Source: Eledone cirrhosa (Eukaryota). From it: a stretch of 64,000 nucleotides of DNA. Below, one piece after another: positions 23,576 to 35,990 of the stretch; the stretch's first letter is position 1; the number at the start of each line of letters is the position of its first letter. Both the position numbers and the translations under genes were made by a program. Where the stretch lies: the NCBI GenBank assembly GCA_964016885.1, contig OZ024745.1, positions 44,516,001 through 44,580,000 of the forward strand. Direction: 5' to 3'. Below the pieces are notes generated by a model that was not told where the DNA came from, did no database searches, and was given only the letters and a program-made list of their open reading frames with translations.

Positions 23576-24197
23576 CAGTGGCGAAGGGTAACCTGGAAGG
23601 CAGGGCATGCAGTCTAATCGCCATGGCGGAAAGAGGGGCTGTGCAGCCTTACCCCCCCCCCTTCCAATTCCCTCTAAATGACCCTCCCGGTCAAAGCCGC
23701 ATGTAGTGTTATCTAGTGTGTGTGTGTTATCTTTTTATGTGTCTACGATTTAGTAAGCAATCAAAATTCTGCTTGCTTCAACCGACGCAATTGATCAACT
23801 CAAGATTCTATAACGCATGCACTGCATGTGTTGCATGCACGGACCCTTTACATTTACATTTCATTTTACGTCCGCTTTTTCCCTGCTTGCAAGGGTGGGA
23901 TGGGAACTGATTCTGGCTTGATTTCTACAGCTGGATGCCCTTCCTAACACCAACCTCATTTACAGTGAGTGCTGGGTGCTTTTTTGCCGTGGCACCTCCA
24001 CGTCCACTTTGCAGTGGAATGATATGGACCCCAGTCCCTATCATCTCATTTCTACAGCTGAGTAAACTGGAGCAATGTGAAATAAAGTGTCTTGCTCAAG
24101 GAAACAACACATCACCCGGTCTGAGAATTGAACTCACAACCTTTCGATTGCAAGGCCAATGCTCTAACCACTAAGCCATGCGCCTCCATTGCCCCTG
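23576..24197. mobile_element. hAT-like MITE interrupted by a SINE-A copy
   Basis: Starts cagtggcgaag; body nearly identical to 52711-52998; right end ttgcccctg resumes after the SINE. Confidence 0.8.
23850..24188 (-). mobile_element. SINE family A
   Basis: Reverse complement of 23159-23540; nearly identical to 38690-39031. Confidence 0.88.
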
Positions 24198-24278
24198 ATA
24201 TATATGCAAGCAGGGAAAAGTGGACGTAAAATGATGATGATGATGATATATGTACATATATATATATATATATATATA

Positions 24279-25741
24279 CTAGCAGTTTAGCCCGGCGTTA
24301 CTCGGGTTTGTTCATTTGCTATGAAAAGTTACATACAGGTAAACGTGGCTTGAAAGCGAATAAGCTTATCGATTAAGTGCATAAAGCAGTTGAACCGGTT
24401 ATTAAAAGTTACGAACCAATTAGCATTTTGGACAATCAATGATGGGTTAATAATCTTCCAATAGCGAATTTAGCAGACCAAAGTTGCAAGATGGTGGCCC
24501 TGATGCCGCTGGGTGTCAGATCTGTCCGCCATGGGTGACCCTACCAGGAAATAGTTTTCCAGACGGCATAGCTCCAACACCGCCAACACCTGCACTAACA
24601 TCTATATCACCTCTTTGTAGACGATATTGCGTGTCATCCCTTGAGGAGTGTAAAGAAATAGTCCATTTCTGCTCCCTACACGGGAACAGGCAACATAAAG
24701 TTGGCCATGGGAGAAGCATGGCTCCCCCAAATGGATGCCCACCACCGACAGTGTTTGCCCTTGTGAATTGTTAATGGACATGGCAAAACATGGTCTCACC
24801 GGGAATTGAGATCGCCGGAAATCGAATGGGATATCTGACACCGAGGGGAAAAGGTTCATCCTTGGCAGTGTATTCGGCAGAATTGCCAGAAGTACAACAC
24901 TATGGGTGTTGTTATATAAATATTTAACCAATGAAAGTCGTAAAAAATAAATAATTTAAACATTCCAATTCATATGTCTTTAGCATTAATCTGTTATATG
25001 AAGTGTTATTTTGCGGGTTGTTATTTGCAATTAGCTGATTTAAAATACCCCAGAAAAGCCGTATGTCAATACAGAACTCCAATGACTTCCCCAGCAGTTA
25101 AATTATAGAGAGGGGGAATAATCTATTATAGAGAGAGGGAAGAGCAATGGAGAGAGTGAAGCTAAGAAACTACAGGGAGGTGTGTAAAACAGTGTTGTCA
25201 TATAGAGAGTGAAGAGTGACAGAGAGAGAAAAGCAGTTAAATTATAGAGAGGGGAAATAATCTATTATAGAGAGAGGGAAGAGCAACGGAGAGAGTAAAG
25301 CTAAGAAACTATAGGGAGGTGAGTTAAACCTCAAAGCATGAAGAGAGTAAAGCAGTTAAATTATAGAGAGGGGGAATGATCTATTATAGAGAGAGGGAAG
25401 AGCGACGTGGAGAACGTTATGACTATGTTTGTTGTTGTATAAAATGATGTGTTGCTTAGTTTTCAAAGTCTATGTTGCATTCCTGAACAAAGTTTTGTCG
25501 CTGTTGGGTAGTAAAGAGAGTGAATAAGCGTGTAAGAGAGAGGGTTACAGCATGTATTTAGCTTTATCGATTTTTTCATAGAAGCAGGACATTTTTGGCA
25601 AAGTTTATTACGTGTTGACCATCGTTGGTAAATTTGGAGCACATTGGAAAAAAAATCATCAAAATCGGTAGAGAAATGTGGAAATGCCTAAAAATCATAC
25701 ACACACACAGACAGACATCTTCCGTTTTATATATAGAGAGA
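24279..25741 (-). mobile_element. Non-autonomous Helitron with both termini, a Pif1 helicase C-terminal remnant and internal tandem repeats
   Basis: Minus-strand 5' TC at 25741, 3' hairpin cccgagtaacgccggg and CTAG end at 24279, inserted between A and T; 24602-24931 QFPVRPCFAMSINNSQGQT..FSHGQLYVACSRV..TRNIVYKEV; three agcagttaaattatagagaggg units at 25093-25405. Confidence 0.9.
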
Positions 25742-25903
25742 TAACTAGATAAATAATCATTTAAACGGAGTTAAGTTTTAAATGTAACTTTTAAGAAATA
25801 ACAGATAAATGTTACCGATATTCCTTTATGAGGAACAATCAGATAAAATTTACCTAGTCTTTCCTCTTAGTCTGTAGAAATTAACTAGACAAATAATCAA
25901 TTT

Positions 25904-27880
25904 CATCATCATCATCATTCGTCGACTACTGTCGAGATGATGGATCTCACCCTCATGCCCCAGAATTCCCCGTCCCCCATCGCTGCCCCCAGGTCCTGTC
26001 TACTGATTCCCGTATCCCTAGAGATAACGTCAGGGAATGACAGCTTCCTACTCCTAGTCAGGCTGGAGTCAGGGTTCCAGAGCAAGAGAGCGGATATGAT
26101 TTCATTGCTGGCACGGTGACAGTGGCCAGCAAATTGAGCTCTCCGGGATTTTAGAAGGGCAGAGGCTCGAGGGAGTTTGCCATAGATTTTAGACAAGGTG
26201 GGATGTCGTTTCCAGGATAGGTTTTGCACTCTCATTAAGAGGCGGGTATATGTGCCATCCAATCTCCTCTCAAGTTGTGATGTTAGTGTCCAAGTTTCGG
26301 ATCCATAAAGTAATATGGGCTTAATGATTGCTTGGAATATTTCCAGTTTTAGCTTGTTGGTAAGTTGAGATGTCCATATGGTGTGCATGTCATTGCACGC
26401 TGACCATGCCATACCCTTCCTGATTAGAAAATCTTTTTTGGAGGAGGAGATATATGAGCCAAGATACTTGTAATCTTCCACCTGCTTAAGGGTGGTACCA
26501 TTAAGGGTTCTGATGGGGTAGTTTGGGCTGTTTGCACATCTGTTCACACACTCAGTCTTGGATTCGTTGAGGTACAGTCCAACACAGTTGGATGCTTGCT
26601 CCAATGACTTCAAAAGACTCTCAGCATTTTCCAGTGACCGACTGATCAATGCGATGTCGTCAGCAAAGTCGGTGTCGGTCAAGTATTTTGCTGGGTAGTG
26701 TGAGCTTCTCCTAGGCTGTAGTTGGTATCCCCTATCCTGAATCCTATCCACAGACATGCGCAAAACATAATCCACAACAATGATAAATAGATACGGAGCA
26801 AGGGTATCGCCCTGTAAAATTCCAGCGAGGATTGAGAAAGGTGGTGTTTCCCCATCTGGGGTCAGGACAGTTGATTTGGTATCTGTATACATTACACGTA
26901 TGGCCGCGATGATTTTATCAGTAATCCCATAGAGTTGTAGAATTTCAAACATCCCCGACCTGTCAACTGAGTTGAAGGCTTTTGAAAAATCAACAAAGAT
27001 GAGTGCAAGGTCTAGATTGCGGTTTTGGGACTCCTCTATAAGTTGGCGAAGGCAGAGAATCTGGCTAAGTGTTGATCTACCTCTCCTAAATCCATTCTGG
27101 TTGTTACAAAGGATTGGCTCAAGAAATGGGATTAAGCGGTTAAGAAGAAGCTTGTTGTATATTTTTGCAGCAATTGCCATAAGAGAAATTCCTCTATAGT
27201 TGGTGGCTAAAGAAAGATCTCCTTTTTTGGGCATGGGGATAATTTGAGCTGCATGCCAGACGCTAGGTGGTTTATTGGTCTCGAAAATATGGTTACATAA
27301 GTTGAGCAAAAGGATGTGGAAATGCTCATCCTTCCAAATCAGGGTAGGTATATTATCCGGCTCAAAGGCTTTTGAGGCTTTGAGCTGTTTGATGGCTTCT
27401 TTGAGCTCAGGCATGGTGAAAGGAGAGGTGTTGATTCCTAAAGGCTCTGAAACCTGAACGGATGGCAGTTGATAGTTATCAGGGAGTCTGGCCTTTTTCC
27501 CTAGAAGGTTTTTAAAATGAGCAGACCAATTTTCAAGACGTTTTTTGGCAGAGCCTCCTTTGATTCTAACTGCAGAGTTTGAGTTTTTGCCTGAAAGATC
27601 TTTGACAACCTTCCAAGCAAGATGATGGTGTTTGCTGATGTGATGTTGCGATAGCTGATCAATCCTACCTGAGATATAGTCAGCTTCAGCATTAAGATAA
27701 GCGCCGTCTAGTGATTTTTTGGCCATGATAAGCTGTATCTTTTTCCCTTGAGATGGTGATTGATGGTGAGATTGGGATATTGACCTAAGATGGGCCCTTG
27801 CCTCAACTACCTTCTCTGAGGCACTAGGTTTCCTTTGGCTTTGGCTTTTCTTTTTAGGTAGGGTGGCAAGTGCAACTTCC
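25904..27880 (-). mobile_element. RTE-clade LINE (family 3), 5'-truncated, uninterrupted RT ORF, no 3'UTR
   Basis: 603-aa ORF: YRGISL, QNGFRRGRST, DFSKAF, LQGDTLAPYLF, FADD, YKYLGS, YGSETW; the stop codon is the first unit of a (TGA)n tail. Confidence 0.9.
25915..27726 (-). CDS. Reverse transcriptase ORF of the RTE-clade LINE (N-terminally truncated)
   Basis: ORF track 603 aa with all non-LTR RT motifs. Confidence 0.85.
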   Translation of the reverse strand: MAKKSLDGAYLNAEADYISGRIDQLSQHHISKHHHLAWKVVKDLSGKNSNSAVRIKGGSAKKRLENWSAHFKNLLGKKARLPDNYQLPSVQVSEPLGINTSPFTMPELKEAIKQLKASKAFEPDNIPTLIWKDEHFHILLLNLCNHIFETNKPPSVWHAAQIIPMPKKGDLSLATNYRGISLMAIAAKIYNKLLLNRLIPFLEPILCNNQNGFRRGRSTLSQILCLRQLIEESQNRNLDLALIFVDFSKAFNSVDRSGMFEILQLYGITDKIIAAIRVMYTDTKSTVLTPDGETPPFSILAGILQGDTLAPYLFIIVVDYVLRMSVDRIQDRGYQLQPRRSSHYPAKYLTDTDFADDIALISRSLENAESLLKSLEQASNCVGLYLNESKTECVNRCANSPNYPIRTLNGTTLKQVEDYKYLGSYISSSKKDFLIRKGMAWSACNDMHTIWTSQLTNKLKLEIFQAIIKPILLYGSETWTLTSQLERRLDGTYTRLLMRVQNLSWKRHPTLSKIYGKLPRASALLKSRRAQFAGHCHRASNEIISALLLWNPDSSLTRSRKLSFPDVISRDTGISRQDLGAAMGDGEFWGMRVRSIISTVVDE

Positions 27881-28089
27881 TAGAGGAAAGATTAGGTAAA
27901 TTTTATCTGACTGTTCCTCATAAAGGAATATCGATAACATTTATCTGTTATTTCTTCAAAGTATTTTATTTAATTCAAAAGAGGCCAATTTTAAATATAA
28001 GATACACAAAACATATAAATAAATTTACAGTAGAATAGCATAACAAATATGTTTTAAATATATACATAAATAACATTGCAAATGCTTAG

Positions 28090-29070
28090 ATAACATTATA
28101 AATTGCTTGCGATTCTTTCAGAAGGATATATTCTTTTAATGTTGCAATATTAAAGAAAATGTAAAGGAAGGGCTGGACAACCGAGCCAACACCAGAGCAA
28201 AAGATAGCAGCGTCGCAAGGAGTACTGGGCAACGTCTCTAATGATTTTTGAGGCAAGCCAGCACACACGCAGCATTGCCTCGGGTGATGGCGAGGCTAAT
28301 GTGCTGGAACAACCAAGCACCCTCGTGAGATTTGCCAGTTACCTCTATTAGGCGAGCCGCCACTAAAGAGAGGAACCTCGCAGTCAGTGGCCCAACTCCC
28401 CCAAATGTCTCGAAAGCCACAAGCTGAAAAATGTAGCTCGCTGACAGATCTCAGTATTTAAGGGTCTTACTCCACTCAGTTGCAGAAGCTGTGGCTCTCG
28501 TCCTAACTGCAGTATCCATGATGTGGGAAGAAGCAAAAGAGTCACTAACATTGACGTCCTACACAAGGCACCTGCCTCTCGACTAGGGGCACAGGTTAAG
28601 ACCGTCACTTCTGGACAACCCAGATGGTTCTAAGATTGAGGGGATGTTCGCTTGGGCCAAAGCTCTCTTGAGAATGAGGTTTAGCTCCATGTGACGTGCA
28701 AAGCGGGCAGCATTCAGGCGGCAAGAAAGACCATGGAGGCCTGTGGGGTCGAGGAGTTTGCCGCATCGGCACCTCAAACCCATGCAGACGTCAGCTCCCA
28801 CTCTGAGGGCGATGGAGACACGAAGTTCATCCAGGCTGAGTAGGCCACCAGCGTTGGCCACAGGTAGGGCATCAACCCAGTCACCTGAGTATTTGGCGCT
28901 GGTAGATAGTAAGCGGCACCTTGCAAATTGATCCGACTGGATGAAGAGGGAGTCGAAGGTGGCTTTCAAACTTATGCTGTCCCAAGTTCTCTGACTTCGA
29001 CTGTCTTCCACCTTCTCAGGAAGAGACAAGCCCAACTCACTCCATTGCTGGAGAGCTTCACCCAACTCCC
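28090..29070 (-). mobile_element. CRE-like (RLE-bearing) non-LTR retrotransposon 3' fragment
   Basis: CRCG..D..GLHGLSC zinc knuckle, ARH..LN, EPSGL, then AFETFG..QHISLAITRGNAACV restriction-like endonuclease end; second copy at 55095-55305. Confidence 0.8.
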
Positions 29071-29708
29071 TAAACTTAGCTCCATTTAAATCATTATTTA
29101 TCTAGTTAATTTCTACGGACTAAGAAAAAAAATTGAATAAATTTTATCTGACTATTCTTCAAAGTTATAATTTTATATAGCTCCAATTGATAATTATTTA
29201 TTTAATTCATTCACTCACCGAGCCACACCGTTGAAGGTAGCCAACACTCATATATGTATCTGTTTAAATATATATATGTCCTTATGACTTTGTATATAAA
29301 ACCATATTCCAATAGTAGAATTTCTTTTACAACCCTACTGCTGCCATAGAATTTGCCTCTAGCTTACAATTCCCCATCCTCTTTTGAAGTCTTGACGAGT
29401 CAATTAACACAATCAGATATACACACACATATTTACAGGATGTTTCCTTTGCAGGATGTTTCCTTAATTTCAATACTCAACATTTGATAAGATGAATTTT
29501 AATAATACATTGAAACCGGTAATACATTATATACATTATATACATTATAAAACTTTTTTTTAAAAGAATTGTCCCTCTCATTTTTTCAATAATGTCATCT
29601 TTTCAATAATGTCACTTTGACAAATCAAAGAAAGGATAAAAAAAAGAAAAACAGACCCTAAAATATATTTTCCGTGCTATTTCCAACTTCACCTTTTTTC
29701 TATCATCA

Positions 29709-30594
29709 TTGTTATTGTTTGAGGTTAGAGGACCACAATCTTTCCAAGATCTGAGAACCATCAATGGCCATCAATGTTCCACTTACCGTTTGGCTTGCCA
29801 GATGCATGGTATGTTACACAATGACAGCCATTGGCACCTCACCCTGCAAGAAGCAGCAACTGCTAAAGTCCCTTCTCAGCTGCAAAAACTTTTTGCTATT
29901 ATGCTGCACAACTGCGATCTCGCCAACCCTCTCGCACTATGGAACAACCACCATGAAAGTCTAGCTGAGGACATCCTCCACCGCACACGCAGACACAATC
30001 CAAACGTAACATACGATGTCGTTTTCAATGAGGCGCTCATTTGTCTTGAAAACAGTGTCCTGGGGATTGGTGGTAGGCCTCTAAGTCACTACAGCTTACC
30101 TGCTCCTGACAGGAGTGTCCAGAGGTCAACGTCTACAGAGCTTCTCCGTGAGATGAGCTATGAAATCAGTGATTCTCCCATGGTCAATTGTATGTAGGAT
30201 GTTCTAGGGTTAGCTCGCCAAACAATCTCTTGATCTTTTCTCCGGAGGGCCAAACAAAAAATATTGTATACTCTGAGGCTCTAACAATGTAATTTAAATA
30301 TTTTCTGTTACTTGGAATTTCCATTATGGTTGTACAAATTATTGTTTGTTAAAAAATGTTGTTCTCTGTTCAGCCTTTATTGTTGTAACTATCAATTTTC
30401 TTTAACGTACTGGCTGCTGAACTGGGGAATCCTAAAACTATTCAAACCCAACATCAGAGTCCGTTAACCACCACCCCACCCCCTCGCTGACTTGAGAGGG
30501 CATGCGGTATCTTTGCACAGGAGTGTAGGGGAGATTCCTGAAAAGATAAAATGCCGGCATACCTAGCCAGGCGCCAGTCGGACGGGCCAGCTAG
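29709..30594 (+). mobile_element. Helitron fragment (RepHel linker region) with 3' CTAG end
   Basis: LLFEVRGPQSFQDLRTING..YRLAC..GML..DSHW..LQEAA..QLQKLFAIML..P.ALW..LAEDI; GC-rich subterminus, then ctag|t at 30591-30595. Confidence 0.85.
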
Positions 30595-30624
30595 TATATA
30601 TATATACACACATATATACATATA

Positions 30625-32395
30625 TCATCATCATCGTTTAATGTCCATCTTCCATGCTAGCATGGGTAGGATGGGTTGACATTTAGGGAGAAAATCAGGC
30701 CAGAGGACCATGTTTGGCAGGTTTTCTATGGCTGGATGCTCTTCCTAACACCAACCACATTTACAGTGTGGACTGGGAGTTTTTTACCATGTTACCTACA
30801 CGGCCACATTACAGCGTGGACTGTGTTTTTTTTGTCGTGACACCTACACGATCTCGATCTTGATCTCATTTCTTTGGACTGGATGTTGTGGTACCAACTT
30901 TACAGAGAGGGTGGTGTTGGTAGGAGTGGGAGGATGGAGTAGGGGTAATGGATTGGGCCTACTGACTGTAGGTTTTGCTTTGTACATAGGCAAGGTGGCT
31001 CCTCTGTATTACTGCGTGGCGCCAAAGATCTCGGTCCAGTGACATTGTCTTACAGAAGTGCTAGTGTATATGGTCGGAATTTATCAAATCGTCCCAGGTT
31101 ATTCTGGGTCTACCTACTCCGTAACTTCCATCAATTTTGATCGCCCTGCACTTCTTTTATACAGCTGTCGTCTTTCATGCGCATCACGTGACCATACCAA
31201 CGTAGTCTTCTCTCAAGTAAACAGCATCTGATCCTTCTTATTCCTAATTTCTCACTTAGTTCATTTATGCTTTACCGTTCACATATATTACTGTTACACA
31301 TCCAACAGAGCATGCATGCTTCGTTCTTTTCCAGTCTATGCAGGTCCTCTGCACGTAATGCCCAGGTCTCACTGCTATGTAACATTGCTGTTCATATACA
31401 GGCATCATACAATCTGCCTTTCATTTTTAGAGAGAAACCTTTTGTGGCCAACAGCGGTATAAGCTCTCTGAACTTTTTCCATCCCGTTCTGACTCTGGCT
31501 ACTGTACTTTCAGAGCACCCTCCACCACTGCTGATTTTGTCACCCAGGTAACGGAAAGTGTCCACTATTTCTATAGAACCATCTGGGCAATAGAAGGAGC
31601 TAGTATCCTGTGGGCACTTGCTATTTATTGCACCTGAGCATCGGCCACATATAAAATCTACGTTCTTAGTTAGCTAACCTGTGATCCCACTACATCTTTT
31701 ATGTACCCATAGTTTGCATTTGGGACATAAAATGGAATTTCTACCTACTCCTTTCCTACACACTGAGCATGATCATTTCCCAGAGGACACCTGCGCCTTA
31801 TTTTCTTTTCTACATACTAGAACTTTAGTCTTAGACAAGTTAACTTTAAGGCCTTTTGATTCTAGGCCATGCTTCCATGTTTGGAATTTCTTCTCTAGTT
31901 CAGCCATAGATTCAGCTATGAGAGTTAGATCATCTGCGTATAGAAGTTCCTCAATTGCAGCCGGTTTTAAACTCTTCTGTTATAGCCTGAAGGGCAATAA
32001 TAAATAGGAGGGGGTTAAGGACAGAGCCTTGAAGAACACCAACTTTTACGCTAAATTCTTCACTACATTCATTGTTAATTCTAACCTGGCTGACTGTTTC
32101 TTTATACATGGCTTGTATAGCTCTCACAAGCCATTCATCTACACCTAGTTTTCTAAGAGCCCACCAGATAATGGAGTAGAGGACTCTGTCAAAGGCTTTC
32201 TCCAAGTCAATAAAAGCTAAGTAGAGGGGTTTACTTTTAGCTAGGTACTTCTCCTGTAGTTGTTGTACAAAGAAAAGAGTGCCTGACACAAACCCAAACT
32301 GCATTTCATCCAGATCAATTCGATCTCTGATTAGTTGTGCTATAACTCTTTCTGTAACCTTCATGACCTGGTCAACTAACTTAATGCCTCTATTA
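30625..32395 (-). mobile_element. RTE family 1 copy, 5'-truncated, more diverged
   Basis: Minus ORF 31951-32400 RT motifs; reverse-complement homology to 15400-17290; (GAT)n tail at about 30625. Confidence 0.88.
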
Positions 32396-34464
32396 ATCAA
32401 AATTGCTAAGGAAAGAACAAAATCACCCAGTGCTTTGTAGTGAACAAAAGAAATTAAAGAAGAAAAAGAAAAATTACAAAGATATGATGAAACAACAAAA
32501 AGAGTGGTTATTGACTACATAAGCCAGTAAACAGTCCTAATATCATGTAGTCTCTAGTAGAGCACTTATAAATTGGGTGTTATAGGTTTTTTTGAAGAAT
32601 GATCCTTGAAAATGACCTCTTTTAAATATAAATGGATGAAATTTTATATTGAAGAGTTTTTAATTGGTCAATCCACTGACAGACGTATCTATCTGTTAGA
32701 ACACGAAAAGTGTGAAATATGCCTAGCTTCTTTAAAAATTTTTCGGGGATAGCCGTGGTGGTGGTGATCGTATGTCATTGGCTAATTTTCAACCAATCAG
32801 AGTACCTCTCTCTATATCTCTTCCACTGTTACTTACGCCTGTTTCTCTCTATCTGTTCCGTCTCTATATATATCTCTTACTCTTTCGCTTTGCACTCCTC
32901 CCCTTCAATACCATCTCTCCCCCTCTCTATATATTTGTTACTCTATCGCTGCACGCTCCTCTCCTTCAATATATCAATTACACACGCTTTACACTCCTTT
33001 ATCCCCAGCGCCCCTATATATACACCCCCCTCTCCCGCATCTATATTTTAATGTACCGTTGCACCGTGAATATATGTGTCTATATATATATACATATATA
33101 TTGTATATACACATTCATGTATGTGTATACACACTCATGTATGTATATACACTGGTTTTATGTGTGTATTGTAAATTTGTACTGTTAAAACACGAAACTA
33201 ACATTCGATTGACACTTTGATTACCTGTACAGGCAATAGTTATTAGAATGCTGTTGAAGTGTGTATATATTTTTGGGGGACATCCTGTATATACACACAT
33301 TATATATAATACAATAAACAGATAAATACACACATATATATATGAGCTTATTTAATTATAAATATTGTGAATATATGTTACACTCTAAGAATTAACTAAG
33401 TGAAATAGCGTAAAAATAAAGGCTTCGTTGGTTTAAGCTATTTTTATAAAGGATGCCACAGAATGTACGATATATAATGATTACAATATTTTTTAGCAAC
33501 AACTCTAGTCCCACACTTTTGAAGGTTTATTATAACATTCTGTGGCACTTTTGAGCTTGCGCATTTTTCATGTCTAGTATGATGACTGCAATGTGGTCCA
33601 ACTTGTCAATGATAATGGGCAATAACAACAACAGCTAAACTTTGGTTTGACACTGCAAATTTTCACAACAATCTGTCCACTAGTAAAGTTGCTATAAATA
33701 TTTGAATTATAAACCAGTTTTTAGATATTTTCTGCTAAATCATTACAGGATGTTAAGAGTTAAAATAATTTCAATAAAAATAACTCGATTTAAAGCCTCT
33801 TAGTTAATGCTGCTTGATATTTTAAATCTATGAGATTTTCTATATTATAATTAATCTACTTGTGATAGTGCGATTTTACTTTTCCTAAGTTTAGCCACAA
33901 TCAACCAAACTTTAAATTTTCAGTTAAAGACAATGCCTTCTACTTTAGAAGGTTAGTTAACAATCAAAAGCACTTTGATAACTACTTAAATATACTTGAA
34001 ACAATTATTAGTTACCAAGGGTCAAATCTTCTTCTTGTTAAGTGATATGTAAATTAAGGTTGTAATCGTTTCATTTGTTAACCTAGTCTTGTTCCCATCA
34101 GACATTCAATAATCAAACTTATCTTTTGTTCACTATGTCAAGGTAAAGAGCTTTAATTCCTAATGGAATTGTAGGGGTGCCATCCTAGCACACAGCATGT
34201 GTTGGGTATTTTTAACCAGGTAAAGTCATCTCTCTCTCCAGGTAGGATCACAGTTGATTTTTGTTTTTTCAAAGAAAGAAATGGAATGTGATAAAAAGAG
34301 ATAGAGGAAGAATTAAGTCCAGTACTAGACAAGTACTTTATTTGTTGACCTCACAGGGTTGAAAAGTTGACCTCGGTGAGATTTGAACTCAGAGCACTGT
34401 GAACCAGAACAAATATTGGGGCTTTTTTAATCCAACACCCTAACAACTCTGCCAATTCACCATC

Positions 34465-34705
34465 TTGTTCATTATGAGACCTTTAATCTATCAAACTAGC
34501 TGTGCTTTTTCACTATGAGACATTTCATTTATGAAACTAACAGTGTTTTGTTCACTGAGATATTTAATTTATCAAATTAACAGTGTCTTATTCAATATGA
34601 GACACAATTTATCAAACTAATGGTGTTTTGTTCACAATGATGCATTTAGTTTACCAAACTAACAATGATTTGTTTACTATGAGATATTTAAATTACCAAA
34701 CTTGT
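34465..34705. repeat. About 40-bp tandem repeat, about 6 diverged units
   Basis: Recurring tgttcactatgagacatttaatttatcaaactaacagtg. Confidence 0.8.
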
Positions 34706-35229
34706 GTTTTGTATTATAAATAAGGTAGAAGTGTTAGTGTGTTGGTCAAAAAGCTTGGTGGTATTTATTCCAGCTCTTTGTATTCTGAGTTCAAATCCTG
34801 CTAAAGTCAACATTGCCTTTCCTCCTTTTAAGTCTACAAATAAAGTAGCAATCTAGGACAGTGAGCTGGATGAATCAATAGAGTGTCTGACAGGATGTGT
34901 TCTGATATCAAATCAGGCCATGGCGTAACAACTACCATGAATGGTGGTTGGATCGCTCATCATAAACACTCCAATAGTTAATATTGAGTATCATTAGAGC
35001 AATCAACCATGGTGTTCAACATGATAAGAGCAGACAATATGTGATAATGGTATCTTATAATGGTGCAAAACACATATGTTATGATAAAGAGATAAAATAT
35101 TGAAGCAGAAAACAAATGAAGATTGTTCCATGCTGTTAGATAACTGATCTCATATTATTTATTCAGCTATTGTTAATGAGGTGTGATTGAGAAACTATAA
35201 AAATAATTGTCAAAATCAATAAATAATAA

Positions 35230-35360
35230 TGAAAATCATTATGTACAATGCTCAGGTGCACTACAACTCATCAAAAGTGCATGTATAGTACATAAAATAA
35301 TGTACAAATGTCAGGGAAATGAACAGTGTATGAGTTATGATATACACACAGACACATGTA
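35230..35360 (-). mobile_element. CR1-like LINE 3' end fragment
   Basis: Reverse complement of 50700-50815. Confidence 0.7.
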
Positions 35361-35369
35361 ACCTTCCAT

Positions 35370-35990
35370 ATTATGTTTAGGCATGCTAAAGGGTGGTAGT
35401 TTCCCACATCATTCCCCTTACTTCTATCTTTTATCACAAGGGTTGTTCTTCATGTAACCATCCAGGTGAGGCCTGCACCTCTCTGGACACATTCATTGTG
35501 TTACCAGTCTTTCATGTATTACGTTGCATCGTTTCAACCAAAAGACATGGATCCCATCTGGTCTGGGATTTTCCAGTTTGGAACCTTGGCTATTTGATCC
35601 TTCACATTGACTGTGCTTATGGTAATATCTCTTTGTATATTTCCTCCTCACAATTCTGCCTTGATGGTGTCAATCCTCTTCGCAACCTTTCTATGACTCA
35701 TACTTATCCCATTCCAAAACTTCTTTGCCTTATTAGTATTAGGGATAACATCCTTCACATTATTTCCTTCCAAAGGGCAGAAGAATTGTTTTGTATTATT
35801 TTGAAACAATCTATTCTCCTTGAACACTTTATGTCTATTCACATATCTCCTTATCTTCTGGTTTTTCAAGAATTCTCTGTTTTAACTGTTCTATTGCCAT
35901 ATGGAATCCCTTCTTCTGTATTTTATACATCCTGGCTAGTGCTTCTCGATCAGCCTATATGTAAATGATCATTTCCAGCAAATATTCAAT
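35370..35990 (-). mobile_element. Decayed R4/Dong-type LINE fragment
   Basis: KIRRYV..ENRLFQNNTKQFF..KFWNGI, and a remnant of NWKIPD, the region just N-terminal of the RT seen at 1-840. Confidence 0.7.

Noticed and set aside
33265-33295. Tc1/mariner-like TIR (tacaggatgtccccc on the minus strand)
   Set aside because: No partner TIR or transposase found; too short to support.
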